Assembly: GCF_036402135.1 (NCBI RefSeq)
Contig: NZ_DASWTN010000002.1
Location: forward strand, 22,279 to 86,278
Source of the DNA: Allosphingosinicella sp.
GTDB taxonomy: Bacteria; Pseudomonadota; Alphaproteobacteria; Sphingomonadales; Sphingomonadaceae
Length of the DNA stretch: 64,000 nt
Direction: 5' to 3'
Made by a program: the position numbers and the translations under genes. A model generated the notes under the pieces. That model ran no database searches and had not been told where the DNA came from. It saw only the letters and a list, made by a program, of their open reading frames with translations. Of this stretch, positions 47,187 through 56,781 are shown one piece after another (the first letter of the stretch is position 1; the number at the start of each line of letters is the position of its first letter).

Positions 47187-48160
47187 GGCGTCAGCTTGCG
47201 CAGGCGCTCGCCGACCGCCTCGATCGGATGCGCCGCCGCCTTGGCCCGGCTTGCCCTGAGGCGCGGATAGCCGGCCTCGGCATCCTTCATCAGATCCTGA
47301 ACGAAGGCGCCGCTCCTGACTTCGCGAAGGATGCGGCGCATTTCGGTGCGCGCATCGGCGTTGATGATGCGCGTGCCGCCCTGAAGTGCACCGAATTCCG
47401 CCGTGTTCGAGATCGCTTCGCGCATGGCGGCGAGGCCGCGTTCGTGGATGAGATCGGCGATTAGCTTTACTTCGCTAACGCATTCGAAATAGGCGACTTC
47501 GGGGGAGAAGCCGGCTTCGGTCAGCGTCTCGTAGCCGGCGAGGATCAGTTCCGGGATGGCGCCCCAGAGCACGGCCTGCTCGTTGAAAAGGTCGGCCTCG
47601 CATTCTTCGGCGAAGGTCGTGCGGATGATGCCGGCGCGGCCGCTGCCCAAGGCCACGGCGTAGGAGAGGGCGATTGCCTCCGCCGAGCCGCTCGCATCCT
47701 GCTCGATGGCGAAGAGCGAGACCATGCCCTTGCTGTCAAGATAGAGCTGACGGAGCGCGGTGCCCGGACCCTTGGGCGCGACGAGGATGACGTCAATATC
47801 TTCTTTAGGTTCAATGAGTTTGAAGCGTATATTGAGCCCATGCGCGAAGAGGAGCGCGCTGCCGCTGCGGAGGTTCGACGCCAGCTCCTCGCCGTAGATA
47901 CGGCCCTGATCCTCGTCGGGCGCGAGCATGACGATGATGTCGGCCCATGCGGCGGCTTCGGATGGCGTCATGACGCCGAACCCGTCAGCGGCGGCGCGGT
48001 CGGCGCTGGCGCCGGGACGCGCAGCGACGATGAGGTCGCGGAGGCCGCTGTCGCGAAGGTTCAGCGCCTGCGGCCGTCCCTGATTGCCGTAGCCGAGGAC
48101 GGCCACCTTCTTCTCCTGAACGAGGGAAAGATCGGCATCGGCGTCGAAATAAACCTGCAT
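47183..48160 (-). CDS. ketol-acid reductoisomerase-like protein (divergent class I KARI paralogue)
   Basis: GYGNQG Rossmann motif, FAHGLN, APKGPG, EADLFNEQAVL, YFECVSEVKLIADL, ISNTAEFG. Deviates from canonical GYGSQGHAHA and GHTVR. Confidence 0.8.
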   Translation of the reverse strand: MQVYFDADADLSLVQEKKVAVLGYGNQGRPQALNLRDSGLRDLIVAARPGASADRAAADGFGVMTPSEAAAWADIIVMLAPDEDQGRIYGEELASNLRSGSALLFAHGLNIRFKLIEPKEDIDVILVAPKGPGTALRQLYLDSKGMVSLFAIEQDASGSAEAIALSYAVALGSGRAGIIRTTFAEECEADLFNEQAVLWGAIPELILAGYETLTEAGFSPEVAYFECVSEVKLIADLIHERGLAAMREAISNTAEFGALQGGTRIINADARTEMRRILREVRSGAFVQDLMKDAEAGYPRLRASRAKAAAHPIEAVGERLRKLTP

Positions 48161-48169
48161 AGGCGTTGG

Positions 48170-49120
48170 CTAGGCGATTTGCTGCGCGGCTCCAAGCCGC
48201 ATCAGCGCGGCCTCCATGGCCGTGTCGCTGTCCAGTGCCTCCGTGAAGCGCGGCCAGTCGGCAGGCGGTTGGCGGCTGAACCACGTATATTGGCGTTTGG
48301 CATATTGGCGCGTGGCGGTTTGGCCGGCCGCAAGCGCCTCTTCTGGCGTCAATTCGCCTCGCAGCAGCGCTGCAAGCTGCGGCACGCCGATCGCGCGCAT
48401 GACGGGCAGGGCGGGATCGAGGCGGCGCTCCAGAAGGTGCCGCACCTCCTCCAGTCCCTCCGGGGACATCATTTCCGCGAAGCGCGCGTCGCAGCGGGCG
48501 TAGAGCCACTCGCGCGGCGACAGGAGGATGAGCGGCTGAAGCGCCACTTCCGCCGCAATCCCGCCGGTCCGCTCCTGCTGCCATTCGGTGATGCTCCGCC
48601 CGGTCGAGCGGACCACCTCCAGCGCGCGCGCCACGCGGGTCGTGTCGCTGGGGCGGAGCCGGTGCGCCGCATGCGGATCTTCGCGGGCAAGCGTGGCGAA
48701 AGCTTTCTCGACGGGTAGGGCGCGCACTTCCGCGCGGATAACCTCGCCGATCGGCGGCACCGGCGCGATTCCGTCGAGCAGAGTGCGGATATAAAGGCCC
48801 GTGCCGCCGACGAGGATCGGAAGCTGTCCAGCTTCGTGGGCATCGGCGATGGCACGACGCGCATCGGCCGCCCAGTCGGCTGCCGAAAAGGCCAGGGCGC
48901 CGTCGCGATATCCGTAGAGGCGGTGCGGCGCCCGAGCTTCCTCTTCCTGCCCCGGCCGCGCGGAGAGGATGCGAAGGTCCCTGTACACTTGCGCGCTGTC
49001 GGCGTTGATGATGACGCCATTCTGTCTTTCCGCCAGCCGGAGCGCGAGCGCCGACTTGCCGCTCGCGGTCGCGCCCGCGATAAGCGCGAGCCGCGGCAAC
49101 GAAGAGGAATCCATGTTCAT
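48170..49120 (-). CDS. miaA: tRNA dimethylallyltransferase MiaA
   Basis: P-loop [11 protein letters not shown], then [12 protein letters not shown]. The track ORF to 49393 is an upstream extension. Confidence 0.9.
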   Translation of the reverse strand: MNMDSSSLPRLALIAGATASGKSALALRLAERQNGVIINADSAQVYRDLRILSARPGQEEEARAPHRLYGYRDGALAFSAADWAADARRAIADAHEAGQLPILVGGTGLYIRTLLDGIAPVPPIGEVIRAEVRALPVEKAFATLAREDPHAAHRLRPSDTTRVARALEVVRSTGRSITEWQQERTGGIAAEVALQPLILLSPREWLYARCDARFAEMMSPEGLEEVRHLLERRLDPALPVMRAIGVPQLAALLRGELTPEEALAAGQTATRQYAKRQYTWFSRQPPADWPRFTEALDSDTAMEAALMRLGAAQQIA

Positions 49121-49994
49121 TGCGACCCTGATAGCAAAGGAGCGGCTGACGAGCGGCGATATTTCTGTCGCAGAGGGCGCGCTTCGTTCAGCATGGGTCG
49201 AACCGCAGGGGCGGAGCTGGATCGAGGAAGATATCGCCTGCGATCTCCTGTTCCCGACCCTGCCAAAGGCGGCGCGCGAGGCGCTGGAGGGGCTGATCCC
49301 CGGCTGTGACGTCATCGTCCAGGCGGAGGCGGGGCGGCGAAAGAAGCTTCTCGTCGCCGATATGGATTCGACCATGATCACCGTCGAGTGCATCGACGAG
49401 CTGGCCGATTATGCGGGGCTTAAGGAGGAGGTGAGCCGGGTCACCGACCGTGCCATGCGCGGCGAACTGGATTTCGAGGCGGCGCTGACCGAACGCGTGG
49501 CGCTTCTGAAGGATCTCGACGAATCTGTCATCGGCCGCTGCCTCGAGGAGCGGGTGGGGATAACGCCCGGCGCCATTCCGCTCGTCCGGACGATGAAGCG
49601 GGAGGGTGCACGTTCAGTGCTCGTCTCGGGCGGCTTCACCGCCTTTGCGAACGAGGTTGCCGAGACGATCGGCTTCGACCGCGCCATTTCGAACGAGCTT
49701 CAGGTCGAGAATGGCAGAATCACGGGCGAGGTGGGGCGGCCGATCGTCGGCGCCTATGCCAAGAGGGACGCCTTGTTCGATGCGGCGGCACTGGCCGGCG
49801 TCACCGTCGAGGAGGCGCTGGTGGTGGGCGACGGCGCTAACGACATTCCGATGATCGAAGCAGCGGGCCTCGGCGTCGCCTATCATGCCAAGCCCGCCAC
49901 GGCCGCAGCGGCAGCGGCGCGCATCGAGCATAACGACCTCGGCGCGCTCCTCTACGCGCAGGGCTATGCCAGGCGGGAGTGGGAGGAGGCCTAA
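49113..49994 (+). CDS. serB: phosphoserine phosphatase SerB
   Basis: HAD motif I DMDSTMI and motif [11 protein letters not shown]. Start at ATG 49113. Confidence 0.88.
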   Translation: MFIATLIAKERLTSGDISVAEGALRSAWVEPQGRSWIEEDIACDLLFPTLPKAAREALEGLIPGCDVIVQAEAGRRKKLLVADMDSTMITVECIDELADYAGLKEEVSRVTDRAMRGELDFEAALTERVALLKDLDESVIGRCLEERVGITPGAIPLVRTMKREGARSVLVSGGFTAFANEVAETIGFDRAISNELQVENGRITGEVGRPIVGAYAKRDALFDAAALAGVTVEEALVVGDGANDIPMIEAAGLGVAYHAKPATAAAAAARIEHNDLGALLYAQGYARREWEEA

Positions 49995-50308
49995 GCCTCC
50001 GGGCGGCTCATATCGGCGGTGATCGCCGCCAGCGCGAAGGCCACCGACCTTTCCGAACAATCAAGTGATAGGGCGATCCCGTCTGGCGCATGTGCGCGGA
50101 CGGTGCCGGAGATGGTGCCTGCCTCGGGATGGCGAAGCTCGACGTAAGACCCTAGCTGCGGCCGTGCATTGGTCTCAAGGAATGCCTCGGCACCCGAAAT
50201 CGTGCGGAGCGCGGCGGGCACGGGAAGCTCGGCCACAAGGATGCACATGCGGCGCTGCCGCCAGGGCGATGCCATCGCCGCATCCGTGAACTTCCATTGC
50301 AGACCCAT
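49991..50308 (-). CDS. PilZ-like small protein (tentative)
   Basis: RQRR...LRTISGAEAFLET loosely fits the RxxxR ... D/NxSxxG pattern of PilZ. ATG at 50308 preceded by AAGGGGG. Confidence 0.45.
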   Translation of the reverse strand: MGLQWKFTDAAMASPWRQRRMCILVAELPVPAALRTISGAEAFLETNARPQLGSYVELRHPEAGTISGTVRAHAPDGIALSLDCSERSVAFALAAITADMSRPEA

Positions 50309-50401
50309 GTGCACCCCCTTGCACGCGAACAAGGTGGCGCAAGTAAACGGAACAGGGCAAAAATTTCGTTAAGCAGCAGAAACGAGCGACGCCGCCACGT
50401 T

Positions 50402-50422
50402 CATGACGTCAATGGCGTCATG
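50402..50422 (+). promoter_or_regulatory. inverted repeat CATGACG-N7-CGTCATG in the ParA-like operon leader
   Basis: Perfect 7-bp arms. AAGGTGGCG direct repeats at 50332 and 50425 flank it. Confidence 0.35.
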
Positions 50423-50500
50423 CAAAGGTGGCGTTAACCTGATTTTAGCAGCCGCCAGTGCATCTCCCTGCCCAAGAATATGGAGCCTTAAGGGGAAAAC

Positions 50501-51229
50501 ATGCGCGTTCTTGCTCTTTCGTCGCAAAAAGGTGGTTCCGGCAAGACCACTCTGTCCGGCCACCTGGCCGTCCAGGCGCAGCTTGCGGGCGCTGGGCCCG
50601 TCTGCCTTATCGACATCGATCCGCAGGGGTCGCTCGCCGACTGGTGGAACGAGCGCGAGGACGACATGCCTGCCTTCGCGCAGACGACGGTGGCCCGTCT
50701 CAGCGCCGACCTTGAAGTGCTCCGCCAGCAGGGCTTCCGCCTTGCCGTCATCGATACGCCGCCTGCCATCACCATGGCGATCCAGAGCGTGATCCAGGTG
50801 GCCGAGCTGGTCGTCATCCCGACCCGCCCGAGCCCGCACGACCTTCGCGCCGTCGGCGCCACGGTCGACCTCTGCGAACGCGCGGGCAAGCCGCTCATCT
50901 TCGTCGTCAATGCCGCGACGCCGAAGGCCAAGATCACCTCGGAAGCTGCCGTCGCCCTTTCCCAGCACGGCACCGTCGCTCCCGTCACCATCCATCACCG
51001 CACCGATTTCGCCGCCTCGATGATCGACGGCCGCACGGTCATGGAAGTGGATCCGGGCGGCAAGTCCGCGAACGAAGTGCGCGAGCTTTGGGACTATATT
51101 TCGGACCGGCTCGAAAAGACCTTCCGCCGCAGCGTCTTCACCGCGCCCGGCGCGCCTGCGGCCGCCGCGCACAGCATGGCTGCACCCCGCCCGATCGGTG
51201 GCTTCGGCCGCCGCGTCGTCGGCCAGTAA
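50501..51229 (+). CDS. ParA/MinD-family ATPase (small, type Ib-like, no N-terminal HTH)
   Basis: Deviant Walker A SQKGGSGKTT, then IDIDPQGS, then Walker B-like LAVIDTPP. Confidence 0.88.
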   Translation: MRVLALSSQKGGSGKTTLSGHLAVQAQLAGAGPVCLIDIDPQGSLADWWNEREDDMPAFAQTTVARLSADLEVLRQQGFRLAVIDTPPAITMAIQSVIQVAELVVIPTRPSPHDLRAVGATVDLCERAGKPLIFVVNAATPKAKITSEAAVALSQHGTVAPVTIHHRTDFAASMIDGRTVMEVDPGGKSANEVRELWDYISDRLEKTFRRSVFTAPGAPAAAAHSMAAPRPIGGFGRRVVGQ

Positions 51230-51250
51230 GGCGAGGGAGGTGTGCGTACG

Positions 51251-51991
51251 ATGACCGAACCCAAACCTTTCGCGTCCCTGTCTTCGGGCCTGCTTGCCCG
51301 GAAAGGCATGGCGAAGCCGGCGATGCGCCCGCAAAGCTACGGCGGCGGATCGCTCGACGATCTCGGCTGGAACGACATGGGCCATGCCCGTCCCGTTCCG
51401 CAAATGCCCTCTCCCTACGAGGCGCCGCACGACGAGCATGTGCCGAGCCCGATCTCCGCGCTGACGCCGATGAACGGCGACTACCGCGTCGAGGATGAAG
51501 AGGATTTCGAAACGCCGCAGGTGGTCGAGCAGCAGCGCGCCATAGAGGCGACCTTCGGCACCGAACCTGAAAGCCCGCTTTCCGTGAAGGTGAAGAAGCC
51601 GGCCCTTCCGGAGCCGGAGCCCGAAGTCGAGGCGGCGGCCGAGGAAGAACTGGTGCTGGACCCGCCGATCGAAGCCGAAGCCGAAGTCGAGGCGGCGCCT
51701 GAACCGCTTCAGCAGGAAGAACAGAGTTTCGAGCCCATCAGGCTCGAGGCGCCGGCGCCGGTCGCGAAGCTTCCGAAGAAGCCCCGCGGCATCGTGTCGA
51801 AGGCCAAGGAAAAGGCCGCCTTCACGCTTCGTCTGGACGGCAACCGTCACCTGAAGCTCCGGCTCGCCTGCGCGGTGAGCGGCCGTTCGGCCCAGCAGCT
51901 GGTAACGGAAGCTTTAGATGAGCTGCTGCAGTCTCTGCCCGAAGTCGAGGCCCTTGCCGAGCAATTGCCCGCCAAGAAGGCCCGGAATTAA
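51251..51991 (+). CDS. ribbon-helix-helix protein with long acidic/proline-rich N-terminal region (ParG-like adaptor candidate)
   Basis: C-terminal KAAFTLRLDGNRHLKLRLACAVSGRSAQQLVTEALDELL is a textbook RHH. ATG at 51251 lies 10 nt after GGAGG. Alternative GTG at 51242. Confidence 0.65.
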   Translation: MTEPKPFASLSSGLLARKGMAKPAMRPQSYGGGSLDDLGWNDMGHARPVPQMPSPYEAPHDEHVPSPISALTPMNGDYRVEDEEDFETPQVVEQQRAIEATFGTEPESPLSVKVKKPALPEPEPEVEAAAEEELVLDPPIEAEAEVEAAPEPLQQEEQSFEPIRLEAPAPVAKLPKKPRGIVSKAKEKAAFTLRLDGNRHLKLRLACAVSGRSAQQLVTEALDELLQSLPEVEALAEQLPAKKARN

Positions 51992-52009
51992 ACGTCTGGA
52001 GTTAAGACG

Positions 52010-53302
52010 ATGAGGAAGAGTTCGCTGTTCAAGATGGCCGCTTCGCCGCTGGTGCTCGGCATCACGATGGTCGGCTGCACCACCGCCCAGACGACGGCGT
52101 TCCGCCCTGCGGCCTCAACGCCGAAAGAGGCGAGCGCGGCCGAACGGGCGGCGAAGTTCGCCGATCAGGCGATGCTTGCAGCGCAAAAGGGCGATCTCGC
52201 CCAGGCGCTTACCCATGCCGAACAGGCGGTCGAGGTGTCTCCGCGCGATGTCGGCTACCGGATGATCCTCGGCGACCTCTACCTCAAGAACGGCCGCTTC
52301 CTCTCGGCCAAGACCACCTTCAACGACGTGCTGACGCTCCATGAGGAGAATACGCGCGCCCGCTTCAACCTCGCGCTGTCGCAGATCGCGCTTGGCGAGC
52401 GGCATTCGGCGATGGTCCAGCTCGACCGGCTGTTGGAGACGCAATCGCCGGCCGATCTCGGCCTTGCCTATGCGCTGGCCGGTGCGCCTGAGCGCGCCAT
52501 CGAAATGCTTGAGCAGGCCGCGCGTACGCCGGAGGCCAATGCCCGCGTACGCCAGAACCTAGCGCTTGCCTATGCGATCGCTGGCGACTGGAAGCGCGCG
52601 CGCAACACTGCCTCGCAGGATCTTTCGCCTGCCGACCTTCCCGCCCGCATGGAGGAATGGGCGGCGTTCGTGACGCCAAAGGCGAATTACGATCAGGTCG
52701 CGAGCCTCCTCGGCGTCACGCCGGCGGACGATCAGGGTCAGCCGACCCGCCTCGCGCTTGCGCCAGAGCCGGCTCAGCCGGTGCAGATGGCTGCAGTGGA
52801 GCAGCCCGCGGCTCCTGTTATCGAACCGCAGCCTGTCGCCGAAGCGCCGGTCGTGGAGCCGGCCGCCGCGCCGGAGCCTGCCAGGGTCGAGTATGCTTCG
52901 GCGGCCAAGTCGCTGATCGCGCCGCAGCCGGCCGTGCAGAAGGCCGCGCTTCCGGCTTCCGCTCCGGTAGCCGCGTTCAAGCCGGCCGCCGCGAAGCAGA
53001 GCCTTGAGCCAAAGAAGACCGGCACCAGCCGCTACGTCGTCCAGCTCGGCGCCTACAAGTCGCCCGCGCTCGCCGCGGCCGCCTGGACCTCGGTCGCCAA
53101 GCGCTACGGCCTCAATGCCTATTCGCCGATGCGGGCGACGGTGCAGCTGCCCGGCAAGGGCACGTTCCACCGCCTGTCGGCCTCGGGCTTTGCAAGCCAG
53201 GCCGAAGCGCTTCGCGCCTGCCAGAATGTGAAGGCCAAGGGCGGCGCCTGCTTCGTCCGCAATGCCGCCGGCGACTCGCCGATCCGGCTCGCTTCGCGCT
53301 AA
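52010..53302 (+). CDS. TPR-repeat lipoprotein with C-terminal SPOR domain
   Basis: Lipobox LGITMVGC, TPR-like helices, Pro/Ala linker. SPOR-like YVVQLGAYKSPALAAAAW...FHRLSASGFASQAEALRAC. Confidence 0.8.
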   Translation: MRKSSLFKMAASPLVLGITMVGCTTAQTTAFRPAASTPKEASAAERAAKFADQAMLAAQKGDLAQALTHAEQAVEVSPRDVGYRMILGDLYLKNGRFLSAKTTFNDVLTLHEENTRARFNLALSQIALGERHSAMVQLDRLLETQSPADLGLAYALAGAPERAIEMLEQAARTPEANARVRQNLALAYAIAGDWKRARNTASQDLSPADLPARMEEWAAFVTPKANYDQVASLLGVTPADDQGQPTRLALAPEPAQPVQMAAVEQPAAPVIEPQPVAEAPVVEPAAAPEPARVEYASAAKSLIAPQPAVQKAALPASAPVAAFKPAAAKQSLEPKKTGTSRYVVQLGAYKSPALAAAAWTSVAKRYGLNAYSPMRATVQLPGKGTFHRLSASGFASQAEALRACQNVKAKGGACFVRNAAGDSPIRLASR

Positions 53303-53323
53303 GCTATAGTTTCGCGGGGAACG

Positions 53324-53359
53324 GGCGGTGTCGGAGCGATCCGGTGCCGCCTTTTCTTT
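53324..53359 (+). terminator. rho-independent terminator closing the ParA-like operon
   Basis: 12-bp stem GGCGGTGTCGGA/TCCGGTGCCGCC (three G-U pairs), GCGA loop, then TTTTCTTT. Confidence 0.5.
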
Positions 53360-54287
53360 AGCGACGGTCCCGCGTCAGCACGTCAAGGCAGGCCATGCGA
53401 AGGGCGACGCCGTTTTCGACCTGCTCAGTGATGGCGGAGCGCTCCGGATCGTCGGCGACACTGCTTTCGATCTCGACGCCGCGGTTCATCGGGCCGGGGT
53501 GCATCACCAAAGCGTCGGGCGCGGCATGGCGCAGGCGCTCCCAGGTGAGGCCGTAGAGCGCATGGAAATCGCCGAGCGAGCCCGCCACCGCTTCCTCCAT
53601 CCGCTCGCGCTGGATGCGGAGCATCATCACTACGTCGGCTCCCGCGATGCCCTCGTTGAAATCGGTGAAGGCGGGGATGCCGTCGAGGCGCCCGTCCTTC
53701 GGCAGCAGCATCTCCGGGCCGACCACGCGCACTTCCGCGCCGAGCATCGGCAGCAGCTTCAGGTTCGACCTAGCCACGCGGCTGTTAAGGATGTCGCCGC
53801 AGATCGCGACCTTCAGTCCCTCGATCCGCCCCTTGCGGCGCCGCATGGTGAGGGCGTCGAGCAAGGCCTGGGTCGGGTGCTCGCCACGCCCATCGCCCGC
53901 ATTGATGACAGGGCAGTCCATCACCGCCGCCACATCCCGCGCGGCGCCGTCCTGCTCGTGGCGGATGACGAGGATGTCCGGCCGCATCGCGTTCAGCGTC
54001 AGCGCTGTGTCGATGAGACTCTCGCCCTTCTTCACGCTGGAGGCGGCGACATGGAAGTTCGCCACCTGTGCGCCGAGCCTTTTGCCCGCAATCTCGAAGG
54101 AGAAGAGCGTCCGCGTTGAATTTTCGAAGAAGGCGTTGACCTGCGTCAGGCCCGCCAGCCGGTCGTCCTGCTTTCGCCGCCCCCTGTTGAAGGCGATCCA
54201 TTGCTCCGCCTCGTCGAGGAGAAAACGGATATCGTCTGCTGAAAGACCCTCGATGCCGAGGAGGTGGCGGTGCGGAAAGGCCGTCAT
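53358..54287 (-). CDS. pyrB: aspartate carbamoyltransferase catalytic subunit
   Basis: STRT motif ([11 protein letters not shown]) and HPGP ([10 protein letters not shown]). Confidence 0.92.
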   Translation of the reverse strand: MTAFPHRHLLGIEGLSADDIRFLLDEAEQWIAFNRGRRKQDDRLAGLTQVNAFFENSTRTLFSFEIAGKRLGAQVANFHVAASSVKKGESLIDTALTLNAMRPDILVIRHEQDGAARDVAAVMDCPVINAGDGRGEHPTQALLDALTMRRRKGRIEGLKVAICGDILNSRVARSNLKLLPMLGAEVRVVGPEMLLPKDGRLDGIPAFTDFNEGIAGADVVMMLRIQRERMEEAVAGSLGDFHALYGLTWERLRHAAPDALVMHPGPMNRGVEIESSVADDPERSAITEQVENGVALRMACLDVLTRDRR

Positions 54288-54330
54288 CGAAGCCGGGGTC
54301 TAGCCCCGGCTCCGGCAATGCTCAAGGCCG

Positions 54331-54747
54331 CTAGCGGCGGAGGCGCTTCGTCTTGAATTTGGAGATGCTGCCGTCCGGCCGCGCGATGCAATCATAGGAG
54401 CGGCGCTGATAGGCCCGGTCGTAGCGAGAACCCCATTGGCCATATTGCGCCACCGGCTCGATATAGCCGCGGACCCGGAGGTTGCGGCGGCCCTTCGGCC
54501 TGACGTCCACAACGCTTGCGCTGCCGTAGCGGGCGGCCTGGATGCGACAGGCGCCGACCCCCAGGCTTTCGCGGGTGCCGCGAAGCATCTGGGACACCGC
54601 CGTCACCGCCTCGGCGGCAGCCGCGGCGCCACGTTCAATGTCTCCGGCGACGCCGCCCTGAGGCGGATAATATTGGCCCTGGGCCGGAGCGGAGACGATC
54701 AGTGCTCCGACCGCAGCGGCGAGAAAGGGTAAGGATCTCTTATGCAT
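54331..54747 (-). CDS. hypothetical secreted protein
   Basis: ATG at 54747. Signal peptide MHKRSLPFLAAAVGALIVSAPAQG. The 359-aa track ORF is an upstream extension. Confidence 0.6.
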   Translation of the reverse strand: MHKRSLPFLAAAVGALIVSAPAQGQYYPPQGGVAGDIERGAAAAAEAVTAVSQMLRGTRESLGVGACRIQAARYGSASVVDVRPKGRRNLRVRGYIEPVAQYGQWGSRYDRAYQRRSYDCIARPDGSISKFKTKRLRR

Positions 54748-54821
54748 GGCGAATTCCTCTTGGAGAAGAAAGCTTCGCCGCCGATCCTGTTCCGCTTCCG
54801 TTTTACCAGCGCTGAATGCCT

Positions 54822-55283
54822 CTAGCCCATGGTGAGGGCGTCGATCGCGCCCTGCAGGATGTAGGCGGCGGCCATCTTGTCGACCAGCTCGGCGCGGCGG
54901 GCACGGCTCGCGTCGGCGTCTAGGAGAGTGCGGGTGACGGCCTGTGTCGACCAGCGTTCGTCCCAAAGGAGGATCGGGAGGCCAATTTGCTCCAGATTGC
55001 GTGCGAAGGCGCGGGTGGATTGGGTGCGCGGGCTCTCGCTGCCGTCGAGGTTCAGCGGCAGGCCGATGACGAAGCCCGCCGCCCGCTGCGCCTCGGCAAG
55101 CTGCCTGATCTTCGCCAGATCCACCGTGAACTTGGCGCGGTGGATGAGCTCGGCCGGGGTGGCGATGGTCCAGCCCGCATCGCAGAGCGCGACGCCAATC
55201 GTTTTGGTGCCGACATCCAGCCCCATCAGCCGCCCGCCGTTCGGCAGCGCGTCGCGAAAGGCGGGGGCGCTGGCGGTGATCAC
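54822..55283 (-). CDS. ruvX: Holliday junction resolvase-like RuvX (YqgF)
   Basis: [15 protein letters not shown] and [13 protein letters not shown] motifs. Confidence 0.88.
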   Translation of the reverse strand: MITASAPAFRDALPNGGRLMGLDVGTKTIGVALCDAGWTIATPAELIHRAKFTVDLAKIRQLAEAQRAAGFVIGLPLNLDGSESPRTQSTRAFARNLEQIGLPILLWDERWSTQAVTRTLLDADASRARRAELVDKMAAAYILQGAIDALTMG

Positions 55284-56392
55284 TGCTTGATGAAGCTCGC
55301 GAGGCGCCTTTCGGCGTCGGCCCGGACGTTCCGCCAGAACAGGGCGTAGTCGTAGACGTGATAGTTGTTGCCGGGGAGCACATAGGGGCCGAGGTCCGGT
55401 GCATCCTCACCGATGAGCAGGAAGCCGCGAATGTCGCATCGGGCGGGGACGCCGGGCGCCTTCAGCTCTGCGTCGGTCAGCTCCGCATTGGGTACCAAAG
55501 TGCCGAGATTGGACGTAGCGGGCGCTTCGCCGCCGGACGTGCCGGTCAACGGATTGACGCAAACCATCGGCGATCCGGCGCGGGAAATGCCGGTGGGGCC
55601 GCTGGAAGCGTCGTAAACCTCCGTCACCATCTGCGGGTCGGCGGGCTCGGCGAAGCTCTGCCAGCTTAAAATGCAGCCCGCCTGCTCCGCCGTCTCGCAG
55701 GCCGGGAGACCGAGTCCCGGCAAGTCCGCAGTCTTCGAGATCGGCCAACCCACCACATAGGCCGCGGCCACCCGCTTCGCTTCGGGCGACTTGCCGATCC
55801 TTTCCTGGATCAGGCGGAGGAGGTGGAGGCTGCCCTGGCTGTGCGCGGCAAGGATGATCGGGTGGTCCTTCGGCGCTTGGCCCAGGAAGGCGTCATAGGC
55901 CGCGACCACGTCGCGATAGGCGAAATCGAGCGCCTTCTGCGCGTCCGCCTTGGTGGTGAGGAAGGCGCCCATCGTCGCCTGCCGATATTTGGGCGCCCAG
56001 ATCTCGCCGACATTGTTGAAGGCGCTCGCCTGATTCCGCACGAACAGGCGCGCCCGCTGCTGCGATTCCTCATCGGTGACGGGTGCGTTCCACCGGCCGC
56101 GTTCGAGGAAGGAGGTCGGATGGATGAAGAAAACGGAGGCTTTCGGCTCAGCGCCGCGCTCGATGCCCTGCGGCACCCACAAGGCCGGATTGTCGGCGAT
56201 ATCGGGCCGGGCGATCCACATCGACGCGTCGGCATAAGTGGCGCCTTCCGGCTGCGGCACTTCCTCGAATACTGCGGTCGGCACGAGCGCGGTCTTCATC
56301 AGCTCGTTGCCGAACAGGCGGTAGACGAGCGCGCCTGCAAGCACGAGCACGATCAAGCCCGCAATGATCCACAAGAAACGCCGTGCCAGCAT
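55280..56392 (-). CDS. DUF3089 family alpha/beta-hydrolase-like protein
   Basis: Start [20 protein letters not shown] (TM anchor). VFFIHPTSF and AAHSQGS nucleophile-elbow-like motifs. Confidence 0.75.
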   Translation of the reverse strand: MLARRFLWIIAGLIVLVLAGALVYRLFGNELMKTALVPTAVFEEVPQPEGATYADASMWIARPDIADNPALWVPQGIERGAEPKASVFFIHPTSFLERGRWNAPVTDEESQQRARLFVRNQASAFNNVGEIWAPKYRQATMGAFLTTKADAQKALDFAYRDVVAAYDAFLGQAPKDHPIILAAHSQGSLHLLRLIQERIGKSPEAKRVAAAYVVGWPISKTADLPGLGLPACETAEQAGCILSWQSFAEPADPQMVTEVYDASSGPTGISRAGSPMVCVNPLTGTSGGEAPATSNLGTLVPNAELTDAELKAPGVPARCDIRGFLLIGEDAPDLGPYVLPGNNYHVYDYALFWRNVRADAERRLASFIKQ

Positions 56393-56493
56393 CCGCTGCT
56401 CCCAAAGGTCGAGGGGCCCTACATCAGCATCCTTGCGGTTTGCGCAACCCTCCGCCTTGAAGGAGAGAGGGGCGGATGCTAGCGGGCCCTCCC

Positions 56494-56781
56494 ATGTCCG
56501 TAGACGCAGCAACAGTCCGCCACGTCGCCAAGCTCGCCCGCATCGCCGTCAGCGATGGCGAGGTGGAGGCGCTCGTTCCCGAGCTTAACAACATCCTCGG
56601 CTGGATCGAGCAATTGCAGGAAGTGGACGTGGCCGGCGTCGAGCCGATGACCGCGGTCATCCCCAACACGCTCCGCCTCCGCGCCGATGAGGTGACCGAC
56701 GGTGGCAAGCGCGACGAGGTGCTGAAGAACGCGCCCGTCGCCGAACATGGCTTCTTCGCCGTTCCGAAGGTGATCGAATAG
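56494..56781 (+). CDS. gatC: Asp/Glu-tRNA amidotransferase subunit C
   Basis: [19 protein letters not shown]... The stop overlaps the gatA start. Confidence 0.88.
   Translation: MSVDAATVRHVAKLARIAVSDGEVEALVPELNNILGWIEQLQEVDVAGVEPMTAVIPNTLRLRADEVTDGGKRDEVLKNAPVAEHGFFAVPKVIE

Noticed and set aside
50369-51850. 493-aa minus-strand ORF
   Set aside because: It is antisense to the ParA-like and RHH genes, which have clear motifs. It is Arg/Gly/Leu-rich low-complexity translation, typical of a high-GC shadow ORF.
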